From Dehalococcoidia bacterium (lineage in GTDB: Bacteria > Chloroflexota > Dehalococcoidia > UBA2979), in NCBI GenBank assembly GCA_041674525.1, contig JBAYVN010000001.1:24224-88223 (forward strand): 64,000 nucleotides of DNA, in the 5' to 3' direction. The notes beneath the pieces are model-generated. The model was not told the origin of the DNA and made no database searches. It saw only the letters and a list, made by a program, of their open reading frames with translations. The position numbers and the translations under genes were made by a program. Positions 10,358-20,509 of the stretch are shown in pieces. Positions within the stretch are counted from its first letter, which is position 1, and every line of letters starts with the position of its first letter.

Positions 10358-11233
10358 TCAGCCGGTGATCAGATCCTCCCGCCCCAGGAGCCTCGCCGCG
10401 TTATCGCGGAAGATCTTGCGTTGCACCCTCGGGTCGAACTCGTAGGCCGCGAAGTCTCGAATCCACCGCTCCGGCGTGACGACGGGCCAGTCCGATCCGA
10501 AGAGAATCTTGTCCTGGCAGATGGTCCGGGCGTACTGCACCACCAGGGGATCGAAGTACGCCGGCGACCAGCCGCTGAGGTCCATGTAGACCTTCGGCTT
10601 ATGTCGCGTGACGGCGAGCCCCTCCTTGTCCCACGGGAACGAGGGGTGCGCGAGGACGATCGTGAGCCCGGGGAAGTCCGCCGCGACGTCATCGACGTAC
10701 GGGACGGGCTTCATGTACTCGAGCTTGATGCCGCCGCCCCCCGGCTCGCCGGCGCCCACGCCGGTGGTGCCGGAGTGGAAGAGGCAGATCAGGCCGAGCT
10801 CCTGCGCGCGCTCCCAGAGCGGGTAGAAGCGGACGTCGTTCGCGGCGAAGCGTTGCGTCCCGGCGTGGAACTTCAGCCCCTTCAGCCCCAGCGCGACCAC
10901 TTCGTCCAGCCGATCGACGGCGGCGCGGCCCTTGTTGGGGTCGACGCTGCCGAAGCCCATGAAGACGTCCGGATGCCGCCGGACCGCGTCGCCGATGTAG
11001 GACAGCGGCACGGGCGGCACGCCCGTCGCGGTCTCCGCGTCGATGGTGATGAGCACGGCCATCATGTCCAGCGAGCGGTAGTGGTCCGCCAGCGCGTCCA
11101 CGTCCATCGGGCGCTGCTCAACGGCGCGCGCGCCGAAGTAGCGCGCCATCGCCGCGGCGCGCGCGAGCTCGCGGGGGTGCAGCATGGACTCGGGCACGGG
11201 GATGTGCACGTGAACGTCGATCGCCGTGACCAC
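10358..11233 (-). CDS. Amidohydrolase family protein (Amidohydro_2-like TIM-barrel hydrolase)
   Basis: GTG start preceded by GAGGGGG Shine-Dalgarno; N-terminal AIDVHVHIP metal-binding motif; the rest of the 845-aa ORF upstream is Arg-rich junk. Confidence 0.65.
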   Translation of the reverse strand: MVTAIDVHVHIPVPESMLHPRELARAAAMARYFGARAVEQRPMDVDALADHYRSLDMMAVLITIDAETATGVPPVPLSYIGDAVRRHPDVFMGFGSVDPNKGRAAVDRLDEVVALGLKGLKFHAGTQRFAANDVRFYPLWERAQELGLICLFHSGTTGVGAGEPGGGGIKLEYMKPVPYVDDVAADFPGLTIVLAHPSFPWDKEGLAVTRHKPKVYMDLSGWSPAYFDPLVVQYARTICQDKILFGSDWPVVTPERWIRDFAAYEFDPRVQRKIFRDNAARLLGREDLITG

Positions 11234-11313
11234 GATGTCCCCCTCAGCACGGGCCGCCTCGTGCGGCGCGCACCGGGATCTTCGCGCGGGTGGCGCCGGG
11301 GCGCGAGCCAGTC

Positions 11314-13602
11314 CTACTTCCCGTCGCGGGCGAGCAACTCCTCCAGGACCACGCGCGGCGAGGCGGGGAGGTGACGTACCCGGATGCCGATGGCGTCGTA
11401 GATTGCGTTCGCGACGGCGGCCATCGGCGGGACGATGGGCACCTCGCCCACGCCACGCACGCCGTAGGGGTGTCCCGGGTTCGGCGACTCGACGAGCACC
11501 GTCTCGATCTGCGGCAGGTCGTTCGCGACGGGCATGCGATAGTCCAGGAAGCTGGGGTTCAGCATGTGGCCGTCCGGCGCGTACAGGTACTCCTCGTGCA
11601 GTGCCTGGCCGATGCCCTGCGCCGCGCCGCCCTGGATCTGACCCTCGGCGTACGAGGGATGGATCGCGGTGCCTACGTCCTGGACGGCTGTGTAGCGCAG
11701 GATGGTGACCTTGCCGGTCTCCGGATCCACCTCGACATCGCAGATGTGCGTCGCAAGCGTCGCCCCCACGCCGCCGGGCTTGACGGCGGCGTGCCCCTGC
11801 ACCTGCGCTCCAGTCGCCCCCAGCTCCGCGGCGATCTGTTTGAAGGTGAGGGACTTCCCCTCTGGCCCGCGGATCACGCCATCCTCGTCGTACGACACCA
11901 GCGAGGTGTCCACGGACCAGATCTGAGCTGCCCGCGCGACCAGCTGGCGCTTGATGTCCTGTCCCGCCTCGTACACCGCCCAGCCTGTGGCGAACGTGGT
12001 GCGGCTGCCGCCCGTGTTTGCCGTGAAGCCGATGGACTCCGTGTTGCCGACGAACGAGCCGACGTCCTCGTACGGGATGCCCATGGTCTCCGCGAACTGC
12101 ATGGCGAGGCCCGCGCGCTGCCCGCCGATGTCCACCGATCCGGTGACCAGCGTCACCGTCCCGTCGCGGTTGACCGTGGCGTAGGCTGCGGAGTCGTTGC
12201 CGCCGTTGAACCAGAACCCGCTGGCCACGCCGCGCCCCACGTACGGGCCGTGCAGCTCGGAGCGATAGTGCGGGCTCTGCTGCGCCGCGCGCAGCACCTG
12301 CTCTGTGCCGATGTTGCCGTGCGGCACGCCCTCCGACCGGCGCGTGCCCTGCCTCGAGGCGTTCTTCATGCGCAGCTCGAGCGGGTCGATGTGCAACTGC
12401 TCCGCGATCTCGTCGAGCACGGACTCCACCGCGAACGCCGCCTGCGCCGCGCCCGGCGCGCGGAAGGAGCCGGTCTTCGGCTTGTTGACCACCACCTCGT
12501 ACCCCTCGATGTAGTGGTTCGGCAGGTCGTACGGCGCGAGCGCGGTGCGCGCGCCACCGGGCACCGGCGCGCCGGGGAAGGCGCCGCACTCGTAGCCCAG
12601 GTGCACCTCGCCGGCCACCAGCGTGCCGTCGCGCTTCGCGCCGATCTTGGCGCGCGTCCGCGTGGAGGGCGTGGGGCCGCTGGCCTCGAACACCTCGGCA
12701 CGGGTCATGGTGGTGTGGACCGGGCGGCCGGTCTTCTTCGACAGGATCGCCACGATCGGCTCGAGGTTGATGATCAGCCGCCCGCCGAAGCCGCCGCCGA
12801 TCTCCATCGGCACGACCTTCACTTTCGACGTCGGCAGGCCGACGAGCGGCGCGATCGCGTCGCGCGCGCCGAAGGCGCCCTGCGTGCTGGTCCACACCGT
12901 CAGGTGGCCGTCCGTGTTCCAGAACGCCGTCGCCGTCAGCGGCTCGATGTAGCCCTGGTGCGCGCTCGACGTGGAGAACTCGCGCTCGATCACGATGTCG
13001 GAATCCGCGAACCCCTGGTCCACGTCGCCCAGCCTGATCTCCAGGCGCCGCGCGCGGTTCGTCTGCCGCCCGTCGACGGGGTCGAACAGGCCGTCCGCGT
13101 CCGCGGTGAACTCCGGGTCATGGAGCAGCGGCGCGTCCGGAGCCAGCGCCTCCTCCAGGCTCATCACCGCGGGGAGCACCTCGTACTCGACCTCGATCGC
13201 CTCCATCGCATCCTCGGCCAGGTGCGGGTCGGTGGCGGCCACGGCGGCGACGGCCTGTCCTTTGAACAGCACTTTCTCGCTCGCGATCAGCACCTCGCGC
13301 GTCCACTCGATGGGCACCGGGCCGCGCGCCGAGGCGACCAGCCGGTGTGCCAGATGGGGGAAGTCGGCGGCGGTGATGACCGCCTTCACCCCGGGCATCG
13401 CCAGCGCCCTCGAGGCGTCGATATGCTTGATGCGAGCGTGCGCGTGCGGGCTGCGCTTCACGCGTGCGTACAGCGTGCCCACGGGGCGCGCGTCCACCCC
13501 GTACTCGGCGCGACCGGTGACCTTGTCCGCCCCGTCCGGCCGGATCGGACGCGTCCCCACCACTCGATAGCCGCTCGCCGGAGCCTCGTGTGCCGTCGTC
13601 AT
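11314..13602 (-). CDS. Xanthine dehydrogenase / aldehyde oxidase family molybdopterin-binding subunit
   Basis: 762 aa from ATG with GGAAAGG Shine-Dalgarno; molybdenum-hydroxylase large-subunit motifs (GRAEYGVD, GGGFGGR, GSxxxGQG-like segments). Confidence 0.8.
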   Translation of the reverse strand: MTTAHEAPASGYRVVGTRPIRPDGADKVTGRAEYGVDARPVGTLYARVKRSPHAHARIKHIDASRALAMPGVKAVITAADFPHLAHRLVASARGPVPIEWTREVLIASEKVLFKGQAVAAVAATDPHLAEDAMEAIEVEYEVLPAVMSLEEALAPDAPLLHDPEFTADADGLFDPVDGRQTNRARRLEIRLGDVDQGFADSDIVIEREFSTSSAHQGYIEPLTATAFWNTDGHLTVWTSTQGAFGARDAIAPLVGLPTSKVKVVPMEIGGGFGGRLIINLEPIVAILSKKTGRPVHTTMTRAEVFEASGPTPSTRTRAKIGAKRDGTLVAGEVHLGYECGAFPGAPVPGGARTALAPYDLPNHYIEGYEVVVNKPKTGSFRAPGAAQAAFAVESVLDEIAEQLHIDPLELRMKNASRQGTRRSEGVPHGNIGTEQVLRAAQQSPHYRSELHGPYVGRGVASGFWFNGGNDSAAYATVNRDGTVTLVTGSVDIGGQRAGLAMQFAETMGIPYEDVGSFVGNTESIGFTANTGGSRTTFATGWAVYEAGQDIKRQLVARAAQIWSVDTSLVSYDEDGVIRGPEGKSLTFKQIAAELGATGAQVQGHAAVKPGGVGATLATHICDVEVDPETGKVTILRYTAVQDVGTAIHPSYAEGQIQGGAAQGIGQALHEEYLYAPDGHMLNPSFLDYRMPVANDLPQIETVLVESPNPGHPYGVRGVGEVPIVPPMAAVANAIYDAIGIRVRHLPASPRVVLEELLARDGK

Positions 13603-13910
13603 CGTCGTCACCTTTCCGTGGCATGGCCGAGGCGTGGCCGGGGCGTAGCCGTCGCGTGCGGCGCCATGGTACTCCGCCCCGGAGCGACGACGAACCGCGC
13701 CGAGCAGCACGGTGGCACGGCCGCAGAGCCCGCGCCCCCTCCGGCGGCCCTGCGCGCCCGCTGAGGATGCGGCGACGCCGCGCTGACGCTGGCAGGACGA
13801 TGCGCTGACATCCGGCGTTCCGCAGGGAATCCCCCGATCCGCGGTCGCGGGCGCTCGCACGACGATACCCGGGAGCCGCGAGTGCACACGCCCCGCTCGG
13901 AGGAGATGAC

Positions 13911-15530
13911 ATGGCGACCACGCTTGCCCCGGCACGCGAATCCCTCACCCGCAAGTACCGCATCGACGCCGCCGATCTCCGCCTGCGCCTGGCGTGGGCA
14001 CGCCTGACGGACGCTGATGCCGAGCGCGTGCGCGCCGCTGCCTCGTACCTGCGCGACGAGGCGGACGAGATCGTCCGGGAGTTCTACGACCATTCCTTCG
14101 CGTTCGCCCCCTTCGCCGAGAAGGTCGCCGAGTCGCACAGCGACCGCTCGCGGCTGGAGGCGACGCAGCGCGGGTACCTGCTCTCGCTGCTGGACTGCCG
14201 CATCGACGACGCGTACGTGGAGGGGCGGCTCGCGATCGGGGATCGGCACGCGGCGCTGGACGTGAAGCCACGCTGGAACGTGGGGAACTACGCCATCTAC
14301 GGCGACATCCTCTTCCGGAGGCTGGTGCGTCACCTGCGTGGCGAGGAGCTCACCGAGACGATCATCGCCCTGCAGAAGGTGCTGACCTTCGACATGTCGC
14401 TGGCGGTGGAGTCCTATGTGGGTGGGCTGCTGGACCGCCTGGTGGACCTCAACTTCCGCCTTGGGCCCTCGGCGGCCCTGCTCGCGGAGGGGAGCAACCA
14501 GGTCAGCATCGCGGCCAAGGAGATCGCCGACGCCGTGCAGCAGATCGCGGGCGGGGTCACCGACCAGATGAACGCGCTCTTCGCCGCGCACAACACCGTG
14601 GACACGCTCTCTGAGTCGATCGGCTCGGTGGCGGAGGGCGCCGCCGAGCAGGCGCGTGAGACGGACGGCGCCATGCAGAACTTCGACTCGATGCAACGCT
14701 CGCTGGACGCGGTCGCCGCCTCCTCGCAGTCCGCGGCGCTGAACTCCTCGGCCGCGACCGCTGCCGCCGAGGAGGGGCGTGTCTCCACGGAGGAGATGGT
14801 CGCGGCGATGGGCGTGATCACGGAGGCGGTCTCCTCCACCTCGGAGCGCATCGAGACGCTCTCCGCGTCCGGCCAGGAGATCGGCGCGATCACCAAGACG
14901 ATCGCCGCGATCGCGGATCAGACCAACCTGCTCGCGCTGAACGCGGCGATCGAGGCGGCACGCGCGGGGGAGCAGGGCCGCGGATTCGCCGTCGTCGCGG
15001 ACGAGGTGCGCACGCTCGCCGAACGCTCCCGCTCGGCGGCGGCGGACATCGGCAAGCTGATCCAGGGCGTGCAGGGACACGTGGACGCCTCGGCGCGTGC
15101 GATGCGCGAGATGGTGAACGACGTCGAGGGCGGGGCAGCGAAGGCTCGGGCGGCCGGCGAGCGGCTTCACCGCATCGTGGAGTCCACGACGGAGCTCGGC
15201 CACCAGATTGCCTCGATCGCCGTCGATGCTGAGCACGCAGCGGCGTCGGCCAGCGCGCTGGCGACCACGGTGAGCAGCGTCGGCGGGCTCGCGCGCACGA
15301 ACGACGCCACGGCGACGGAGATGCATGCGAAGAGCGCGTCCGTGGTGGCGCAGCTCGTGAGCGCCTCAGCGGTCGCGGAGCAGACCGCCGCCGCCTCCGA
15401 GGAGGTGTCCGCCAGCACCGAGGAGGTCACGGCCCAGATCGGCGAGATCGCCGGGCAGGCCGACCGGCTTCGCGTGCTCGCCGGGGAGCTCCACGAGTTC
15501 CTCGCGCGGGTCGGCGCGCTCGCCGAGTAG
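13911..15530 (+). CDS. Globin-coupled sensor / heme-based aerotaxis transducer-like soluble methyl-accepting chemotaxis protein (HemAT-like)
   Basis: 539 aa; GGAGGAG Shine-Dalgarno; N-terminal protoglobin/sensor-globin domain; C-terminal MCP signalling domain ([35 protein letters not shown]); no TM or HAMP. Confidence 0.75.
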   Translation: MATTLAPARESLTRKYRIDAADLRLRLAWARLTDADAERVRAAASYLRDEADEIVREFYDHSFAFAPFAEKVAESHSDRSRLEATQRGYLLSLLDCRIDDAYVEGRLAIGDRHAALDVKPRWNVGNYAIYGDILFRRLVRHLRGEELTETIIALQKVLTFDMSLAVESYVGGLLDRLVDLNFRLGPSAALLAEGSNQVSIAAKEIADAVQQIAGGVTDQMNALFAAHNTVDTLSESIGSVAEGAAEQARETDGAMQNFDSMQRSLDAVAASSQSAALNSSAATAAAEEGRVSTEEMVAAMGVITEAVSSTSERIETLSASGQEIGAITKTIAAIADQTNLLALNAAIEAARAGEQGRGFAVVADEVRTLAERSRSAAADIGKLIQGVQGHVDASARAMREMVNDVEGGAAKARAAGERLHRIVESTTELGHQIASIAVDAEHAAASASALATTVSSVGGLARTNDATATEMHAKSASVVAQLVSASAVAEQTAAASEEVSASTEEVTAQIGEIAGQADRLRVLAGELHEFLARVGALAE

Positions 15531-15548
15531 CGCGCAAGGCGCGGCACC

Positions 15549-15577
15549 GCGGACGGGAGACGCGAACTCCCGTCCGC
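15549..15577. terminator. Perfect 11-bp stem / 7-nt loop hairpin between convergent hemAT-like and cobQ genes (putative bidirectional terminator)
   Basis: GCGGACGGGAG-ACGCGAA-CTCCCGTCCGC read directly; no U-tract. Confidence 0.5.
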
Positions 15578-15603
15578 GGCCGCGCGCGGCCAGTGCGCCC
15601 CGG

Positions 15604-17118
15604 TCAGCCGGCCACGGGCCACCCGAGCAGCGCCCGCACGCGCGCCAGGTCCAGGTGCCCGCGGACAACGTCCGCCAGCCGATCGAACTCCGCCTCCCGG
15701 CGGTCCCCGGCGCCCATCGCCGCCACGTCGCTCCAGCCGAGGGATCGCAGGAACGTGCGCCGGAACGCGTCGTTCGTGAAGAGGCCGTGCAGGTACGTCC
15801 CGGCGATCCGCCCGTCCAGCGAGACGGCGCCGTCCTCATGCCCGTCGAGGCGCAACAACGGGTCGAGGGCCGCGGAGGTCGCCGTGGTGCGTCCCATGTG
15901 GATCTCGTAGCCCGCGACGGAGTGTCCCCGCAGCGGCGCCCACGCGCCCCGGGCCGCCGCGACGTGCCCGGTCGCGCGACGAGTCGTCTTCTCCTCCACG
16001 AAGGTGGTCTCCAGCGGCAGGAGCGCGAGGCCGTCGGTCATCGTCCCGGCCTCCGCCTCCACGCCCGCGGGATCGAGCAGGCGCTCCCCGAGCATCTGCA
16101 TGCCCCCGCAGACGCCGAGCACGACGCCGCCGCTCTCGGCGTACGCACGGACAGCGCGGTCCAGGCCGCGCTCGCGGAGCCAGCGCAGGTCGGCGACGGT
16201 CGCGCGGGTGCCGGGGATGATGAGCAGGGCCGGGCGTCCGAGGTCCTCGAGCCGCTCGACGTAACGCAGGGCGACGCCGGGCTCCGCCGCCAGCGGATCG
16301 AAGTCATCGAAGTTGGCGATGCGCGGCAGGTGCAGCACGGCGATGTCGAGCAGGCCCGCCTCGGACCCCGCGGGCGCGGCCGGCCGGTCCGCCCGCTCGA
16401 TGGCGACGGCGTCCTCAGGCGCGACCCCGAGGTCGTCGATCCAGGGGATGACGCCGAGCACCGCCACGCCCGTCCGCTCCTCCACGTCGCGGATCGCGGG
16501 CGCGAGCAGCGCTGGGTCGCCACGGAAGCGGTTGATCACGAGCCCGCCCACGAGCGCGCGATCCTCGGGCGGCAGGAGCGCGAGCGTGCCGACGAAGTGG
16601 GCGAAGACACCCCCGCGATCGATGTCGCCAACGAGCAGCACTCGCGCCCCCGCGTACCTCGCGACGCTCATGTTCACGATGTCGTGCGCGTACAGGTTAG
16701 GCTCCGCCGGGCTGCCCGCGCCCTCGGCGACCACGAGGTCGAACTCCGCGCGCAGCAGGTCCAGGGCGCGCGTGACGTGGGGCCAGAGCTCGGCGCGGCG
16801 ATCGAAGTCGGCGCTGGTCAGCACCCCCGCGGGGCGACCGTTGAGCACCACCTGCGACGTGCGATCGCCCTGCGGCTTGAGCAGCACCGGGTTCATCTCG
16901 ACGCGCGGCGCGAGCCCGGCGGCCGCCGCCTGCTCGGACTGAGCGCGCCCGATCTCCAGGCCATCCGGAGTGACATCGGCATTGTTCGACATGTTCTGCG
17001 CCTTGAACGGCGCCACCCGCACGCCGTCCTGCGCGAAGATCCGGCACAGCGCCGTCACCAGCACCGACTTCCCGACCGAGGATGCCGTGCCCACCACCAT
17101 CAGCACGGGCGCGGTCAC
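15604..17118 (-). CDS. cobQ: Cobyric acid synthase CobQ/CbiP
   Basis: 504 aa from GTG that overlaps the cobB stop (GTGA); N-terminal LMVVGTASSVGKS P-loop; C-terminal glutamine amidotransferase domain (GVCGGMQMLG). Confidence 0.85.
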   Translation of the reverse strand: MTAPVLMVVGTASSVGKSVLVTALCRIFAQDGVRVAPFKAQNMSNNADVTPDGLEIGRAQSEQAAAAGLAPRVEMNPVLLKPQGDRTSQVVLNGRPAGVLTSADFDRRAELWPHVTRALDLLRAEFDLVVAEGAGSPAEPNLYAHDIVNMSVARYAGARVLLVGDIDRGGVFAHFVGTLALLPPEDRALVGGLVINRFRGDPALLAPAIRDVEERTGVAVLGVIPWIDDLGVAPEDAVAIERADRPAAPAGSEAGLLDIAVLHLPRIANFDDFDPLAAEPGVALRYVERLEDLGRPALLIIPGTRATVADLRWLRERGLDRAVRAYAESGGVVLGVCGGMQMLGERLLDPAGVEAEAGTMTDGLALLPLETTFVEEKTTRRATGHVAAARGAWAPLRGHSVAGYEIHMGRTTATSAALDPLLRLDGHEDGAVSLDGRIAGTYLHGLFTNDAFRRTFLRSLGWSDVAAMGAGDRREAEFDRLADVVRGHLDLARVRALLGWPVAG

Positions 17119-18509
17119 ACGGCACCCGACGGGGCCGCCAGCGCGGCAGACACCAGGTTGGGTGCCAGGTCGGGCCGCGCGGCGAGGTGGGTGTGCAGGT
17201 ACGTCCCGGTCACGCTCCCCGCGCGGACTCCGTCCACGCGCCCGCCCTGCTGACGCCCGCCCTGCTGGACGAACCGGTAGGCCGCCGTCTCCGCGCGCGG
17301 CTCCTCGAGGAGCGTCGAGAAGTGGAACTCGTGCCCGCGCACGCGCTCGCCCGCGGGGAGCAGCGGCGTGCCGCGCGACTCCGCCTCGCGGTATCCCAGC
17401 GTGAGGCGCGCGCCCTGCATCGTGGAGGCGCACGGGAGCAGCCCGGCCATCGCGTGCCGCACGCCCTCGGCGTCCGTCAGCGACTGGCCGAGGTACATGA
17501 GCCCCCCGCATTCGCCATACACCGGCACTCCGCGCGTGGCGGCGGTGCGCAGCGCGCTGTGCATGCCCTCGTTCGCGGCCAGTTCGCGCGCAAACACCTC
17601 GGGGAAGCCGCCCCCCAGGAGCACCGCGCGAGCACCCGCCGGCAGCGCGGCGTCCTCCAGCGGACTGAACGGCAGCAGGTCGGCCCCCGACGCCTCCAGC
17701 AGCTCCAGCGCGTCGGGGTAGTAGAAGTGGAACGCCCGGTCGCGGGCGATGGCGACCGGCACCCGTCGCGCCCCCTGCGCCGCCGGGAACAGCCCGGTCG
17801 GCCGGGCCTCGATCACCGGCGCCCCGAGGCGCAGCAGGAGGTCCAGGTCCAGGTGCGACTCCGCGATCGCGGCCAGCCGCGCGCGCTGCTCCGCCGCCGA
17901 GGCGCCGTCCGCCTCGGCGTCCGGCACCAGGCCCAGGTGGCGCTCCGGCGAGGCGATCTCCGGGGAGCGCGGCAGCCAGCCGACCACCGGCAGCCCCGTC
18001 GCCTGCTCGATCGCCGCCCGGCACATCGCCGCGTGCGCGTCGCCGCCGACGCGGTTGAGGATCACGCCGGCGAGGCGCACGGTCGGGTCGAACGACTGGA
18101 ACCCGAGGACGGTCGCCGCGATCGAGCGCGCCACCGCGGAGGCGTCCACCACCAGCAGCACCGGCAGCGCCAGCAGCCGCGCGAGGTCGGCGGCCGATCC
18201 TGCATCGTCCGTCCCGCCGTGGCCATCGAAGAGCCCCATCACGCCCTCGACCAGCGCGACGTCCGCCCCGCGCGCCGCGCGCCCGAACAGCTCCGCCACT
18301 ACGCCTCGGGGCAGCATCCAGGTGTCGAGGTTCCGCGCCTCGCGACCGGCGGCACGCCCGAGGTGGCCCGGGTCGATGTAGTCCGGACCCGCCTTGAACG
18401 GCTGCACGGTGATGCCTCGGGCGGAGAGCGCCGCCGCGATCGCGGAGGTGACGGTGGTCTTGCCGACCCCGGAGGCCGTCCCCGCGACGATCAGCCCGCG
18501 CGCGCTCAC
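17115..18509 (-). CDS. cobB: Cobyrinate a,c-diamide synthase CobB/CbiA
   Basis: 464 aa from GTG overlapping the upstream stop (GTGA); GLIVAGTASGVGKTT P-loop; GATase motif YGECGGLMYLG. Confidence 0.85.
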   Translation of the reverse strand: MSARGLIVAGTASGVGKTTVTSAIAAALSARGITVQPFKAGPDYIDPGHLGRAAGREARNLDTWMLPRGVVAELFGRAARGADVALVEGVMGLFDGHGGTDDAGSAADLARLLALPVLLVVDASAVARSIAATVLGFQSFDPTVRLAGVILNRVGGDAHAAMCRAAIEQATGLPVVGWLPRSPEIASPERHLGLVPDAEADGASAAEQRARLAAIAESHLDLDLLLRLGAPVIEARPTGLFPAAQGARRVPVAIARDRAFHFYYPDALELLEASGADLLPFSPLEDAALPAGARAVLLGGGFPEVFARELAANEGMHSALRTAATRGVPVYGECGGLMYLGQSLTDAEGVRHAMAGLLPCASTMQGARLTLGYREAESRGTPLLPAGERVRGHEFHFSTLLEEPRAETAAYRFVQQGGRQQGGRVDGVRAGSVTGTYLHTHLAARPDLAPNLVSAALAAPSGAV

Positions 18510-19510
18510 GGGAAGCGTTCCGGGTAGAGCAGCTTCGCCATCATCTCGATCCCCTCGACGATCCTCGGACCGGGGCGGTTCACCACGTCGGCGTCCACGG
18601 CATACATGCGGTCGTTCTTCACCGCCGGGATCGCGCTCCACCCCGGTCGCGCTCTGACCTGCGGCGGCGTCCCACCGTAGTCGTGGTCCGCCAGCAGGAT
18701 CACGTCCGGCGCCCCGGCGATCACCGCCTCCGCCGTGAGCTGCGGGAACTGCGAGGCCGCCCCCAGCGCGATGTTGCGCGCCTTCAGCGTGGACAGCATG
18801 CCACCGATGAAGGTGTTCGGCGCGGCGGTGTACAGCGAATCGCTCAACTCGTAGAAGACCTTCGGCCCCTGCTGCACGTCACCCAGCCTCGCGGTCACGG
18901 CGTCGATGCGCGTGCGCATCTGCGTCGCCAGTGCCTCCGCCTCCACGGTGTGCCCGGTCATGCGGCCCAGCAGGCGCACGTTGTCCAGCACGCCGTCCAC
19001 GCCTTCCGGCTCGCGGTTGTAGAACACCGGCAGCCCCAGCCCGCGGAACGTCTCGATCTGTGCCTTCTGGTTGGTCGCGAGGATCACCAGGTCGGTCTGC
19101 AATGCCAGTTCCGCCTCCGGACTCGGGTCGGTGTACTTCACCCTTCGGAGCGCCTTTGCCGCCGCCGGGAAGTCCGAGAACTCGTCGGCGGCGACCACCT
19201 GCCCCCCGGCGCCGATGGCAAACAGGATCTCGGTGGCACCCGGCGAGTGGGAGACGATCGCCCGCGCGGGCGCCCTCAACGTCAGGGCGTGCCCGCCGGA
19301 GTCCGTCACGGTCATCGGGAACGCCGCGTTCGAGGGTGTCCCGGTGGCGGGCGCCGTGGTCGCGGCCCCCGCGCTCGCGCTCGGGGCGGGCCTCGCCGTC
19401 CCGCCGCAGGCGGCAAGCACGGCGGCGAAGAAGAAGAGCGCGGTCGACGAGAGCACCGCCAACGCCGCCCATCGACCGGCCGGGCGAACGAAGACGCGCA
19501 TCGCACGCAT
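18506..19510 (-). CDS. ABC transporter substrate-binding lipoprotein, cobalamin/siderophore (BtuF/FecB) family
   Basis: 334 aa from ATG with AGGAGGTG Shine-Dalgarno; lipoprotein signal (LAAC); periplasmic binding protein class III-like sequence. Confidence 0.75.
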   Translation of the reverse strand: MRAMRVFVRPAGRWAALAVLSSTALFFFAAVLAACGGTARPAPSASAGAATTAPATGTPSNAAFPMTVTDSGGHALTLRAPARAIVSHSPGATEILFAIGAGGQVVAADEFSDFPAAAKALRRVKYTDPSPEAELALQTDLVILATNQKAQIETFRGLGLPVFYNREPEGVDGVLDNVRLLGRMTGHTVEAEALATQMRTRIDAVTARLGDVQQGPKVFYELSDSLYTAAPNTFIGGMLSTLKARNIALGAASQFPQLTAEAVIAGAPDVILLADHDYGGTPPQVRARPGWSAIPAVKNDRMYAVDADVVNRPGPRIVEGIEMMAKLLYPERFP

Positions 19511-19519
19511 GAACACACC

Positions 19520-19770
19520 TCCTGCACACGAGGAGGCACGAGACGCCCCCTCCGGTGCGAGGGGGCAGGATGGAGGGCGGGGTGCGCGGCAAGCCGCGCA
19601 GCCTGCCGTCGCCTGTCCTCGCAGGTCCGACAAGTGCGCGCGGGCCGGTAATCTGGCTCCCCGCCGGGCCGAAGGCCACGAACGAGTCACAGTTGCGGGA
19701 CAGCGCCGGTTTCCCACCGGTCTTCCCCGGACACCACGCAGGAACGAGGCGAGTGTAGCACCGCCGCGCT
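19520..19770 (-). ncRNA. Cobalamin (B12) riboswitch leader of the btuF-like/cobB/cobQ operon
   Basis: Minus strand reads GGGAAGACCGGTGGGAAACCGGCGCTGTCCCGCAACTGTGA ... GGAGCCAGATTACCGGCC, matching the conserved cobalamin-riboswitch core and a B12-box-like element, directly upstream of the SBP gene; boundaries approximate. Confidence 0.6.
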
Positions 19771-19783
19771 TCCCTGCCGATCG

Positions 19784-20344
19784 CTATCCGCCGGACACCG
19801 GCAGCGGGAACTGCTCCAGATAGGGCAGGTAGGCGGCCTCCACGTCGACCTCCATCGTCAGCAGGTAGCGGACGACGAGGTTGTAGAACCCGATGATCAC
19901 CACGAGCTCCGTCAGCTGCTCGTGGCCCAGCCCGTCGCGGATCACGTCGAACGCCTCGCGTGAGCCGGCGAGATCCGCCGTCATCTCGCGCGCAAGGCGC
20001 AGCACGGCACGGTCGAGGGCGGGCAGGCCGCTCTCCCGACCCTCGCTTTCCGCGATGATTGCGCGCACGTCGTCCGGGGAGACGCCGAAGTCGGTCATCG
20101 CGAGCTGGAGGTGGTGCGACCATTCGTATGCGGAGCGTGTGACGTACCCCACCTGCAGGATCGCCATCTCCCGCAGCCGCCGGTCCACGGTCGCGCCGAA
20201 GCGGATCCAGTTGCCCATCTCCCAGAAGTTCCGTGACGAGGGGATGCTGTGCGCCAGCGCGCGGTTGAGGTTGATCGGGCGCGCCAGCAGATCGCGGTCC
20301 TCCTCGCGCAGATCGGCGGCATCGAGGTAAGGCAGACGGGCCAT
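19784..20344 (-). CDS. Carboxymuconolactone decarboxylase (AhpD-like) family protein
   Basis: 186 aa; CMD/AhpD-like helical fold sequence features. Confidence 0.7.
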   Translation of the reverse strand: MARLPYLDAADLREEDRDLLARPINLNRALAHSIPSSRNFWEMGNWIRFGATVDRRLREMAILQVGYVTRSAYEWSHHLQLAMTDFGVSPDDVRAIIAESEGRESGLPALDRAVLRLAREMTADLAGSREAFDVIRDGLGHEQLTELVVIIGFYNLVVRYLLTMEVDVEAAYLPYLEQFPLPVSGG

Positions 20345-20509
20345 CGGTGGCTCCTTCGTTCACGTCGTTCACGCCGCGGCATGCGCGGCGTCGAGGTGGA
20401 GCATCGGCCGCTGCCACGCCGCCGTCCAGCGCATCCCGCCGTCCAAGACCGCCGGCGCGCTCCTGCCGGAGGTGACCCGTATCATGGATGAGACCGGAAA
20501 GGTGCACCC

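Noticed and set aside
11234-12895. Upstream 554 codons of the 845-aa ORF 10358..12895
   Set aside because: Arg-rich junk overlapping the xanthine-dehydrogenase-family gene in another frame. The real amidohydrolase starts at the GTG at 11233 with a strong Shine-Dalgarno.
13608-15326. 572-aa minus-strand ORF
   Set aside because: Antisense of the HemAT-like chemoreceptor gene. Arg-rich, no motifs.
17119-18024. N-terminal extension of cobQ ORF (806 aa)
   Set aside because: Low-complexity GAR-rich sequence overlapping cobB in another frame. The GTGA-coupled start at 17118 gives a canonical CobQ N-terminus.
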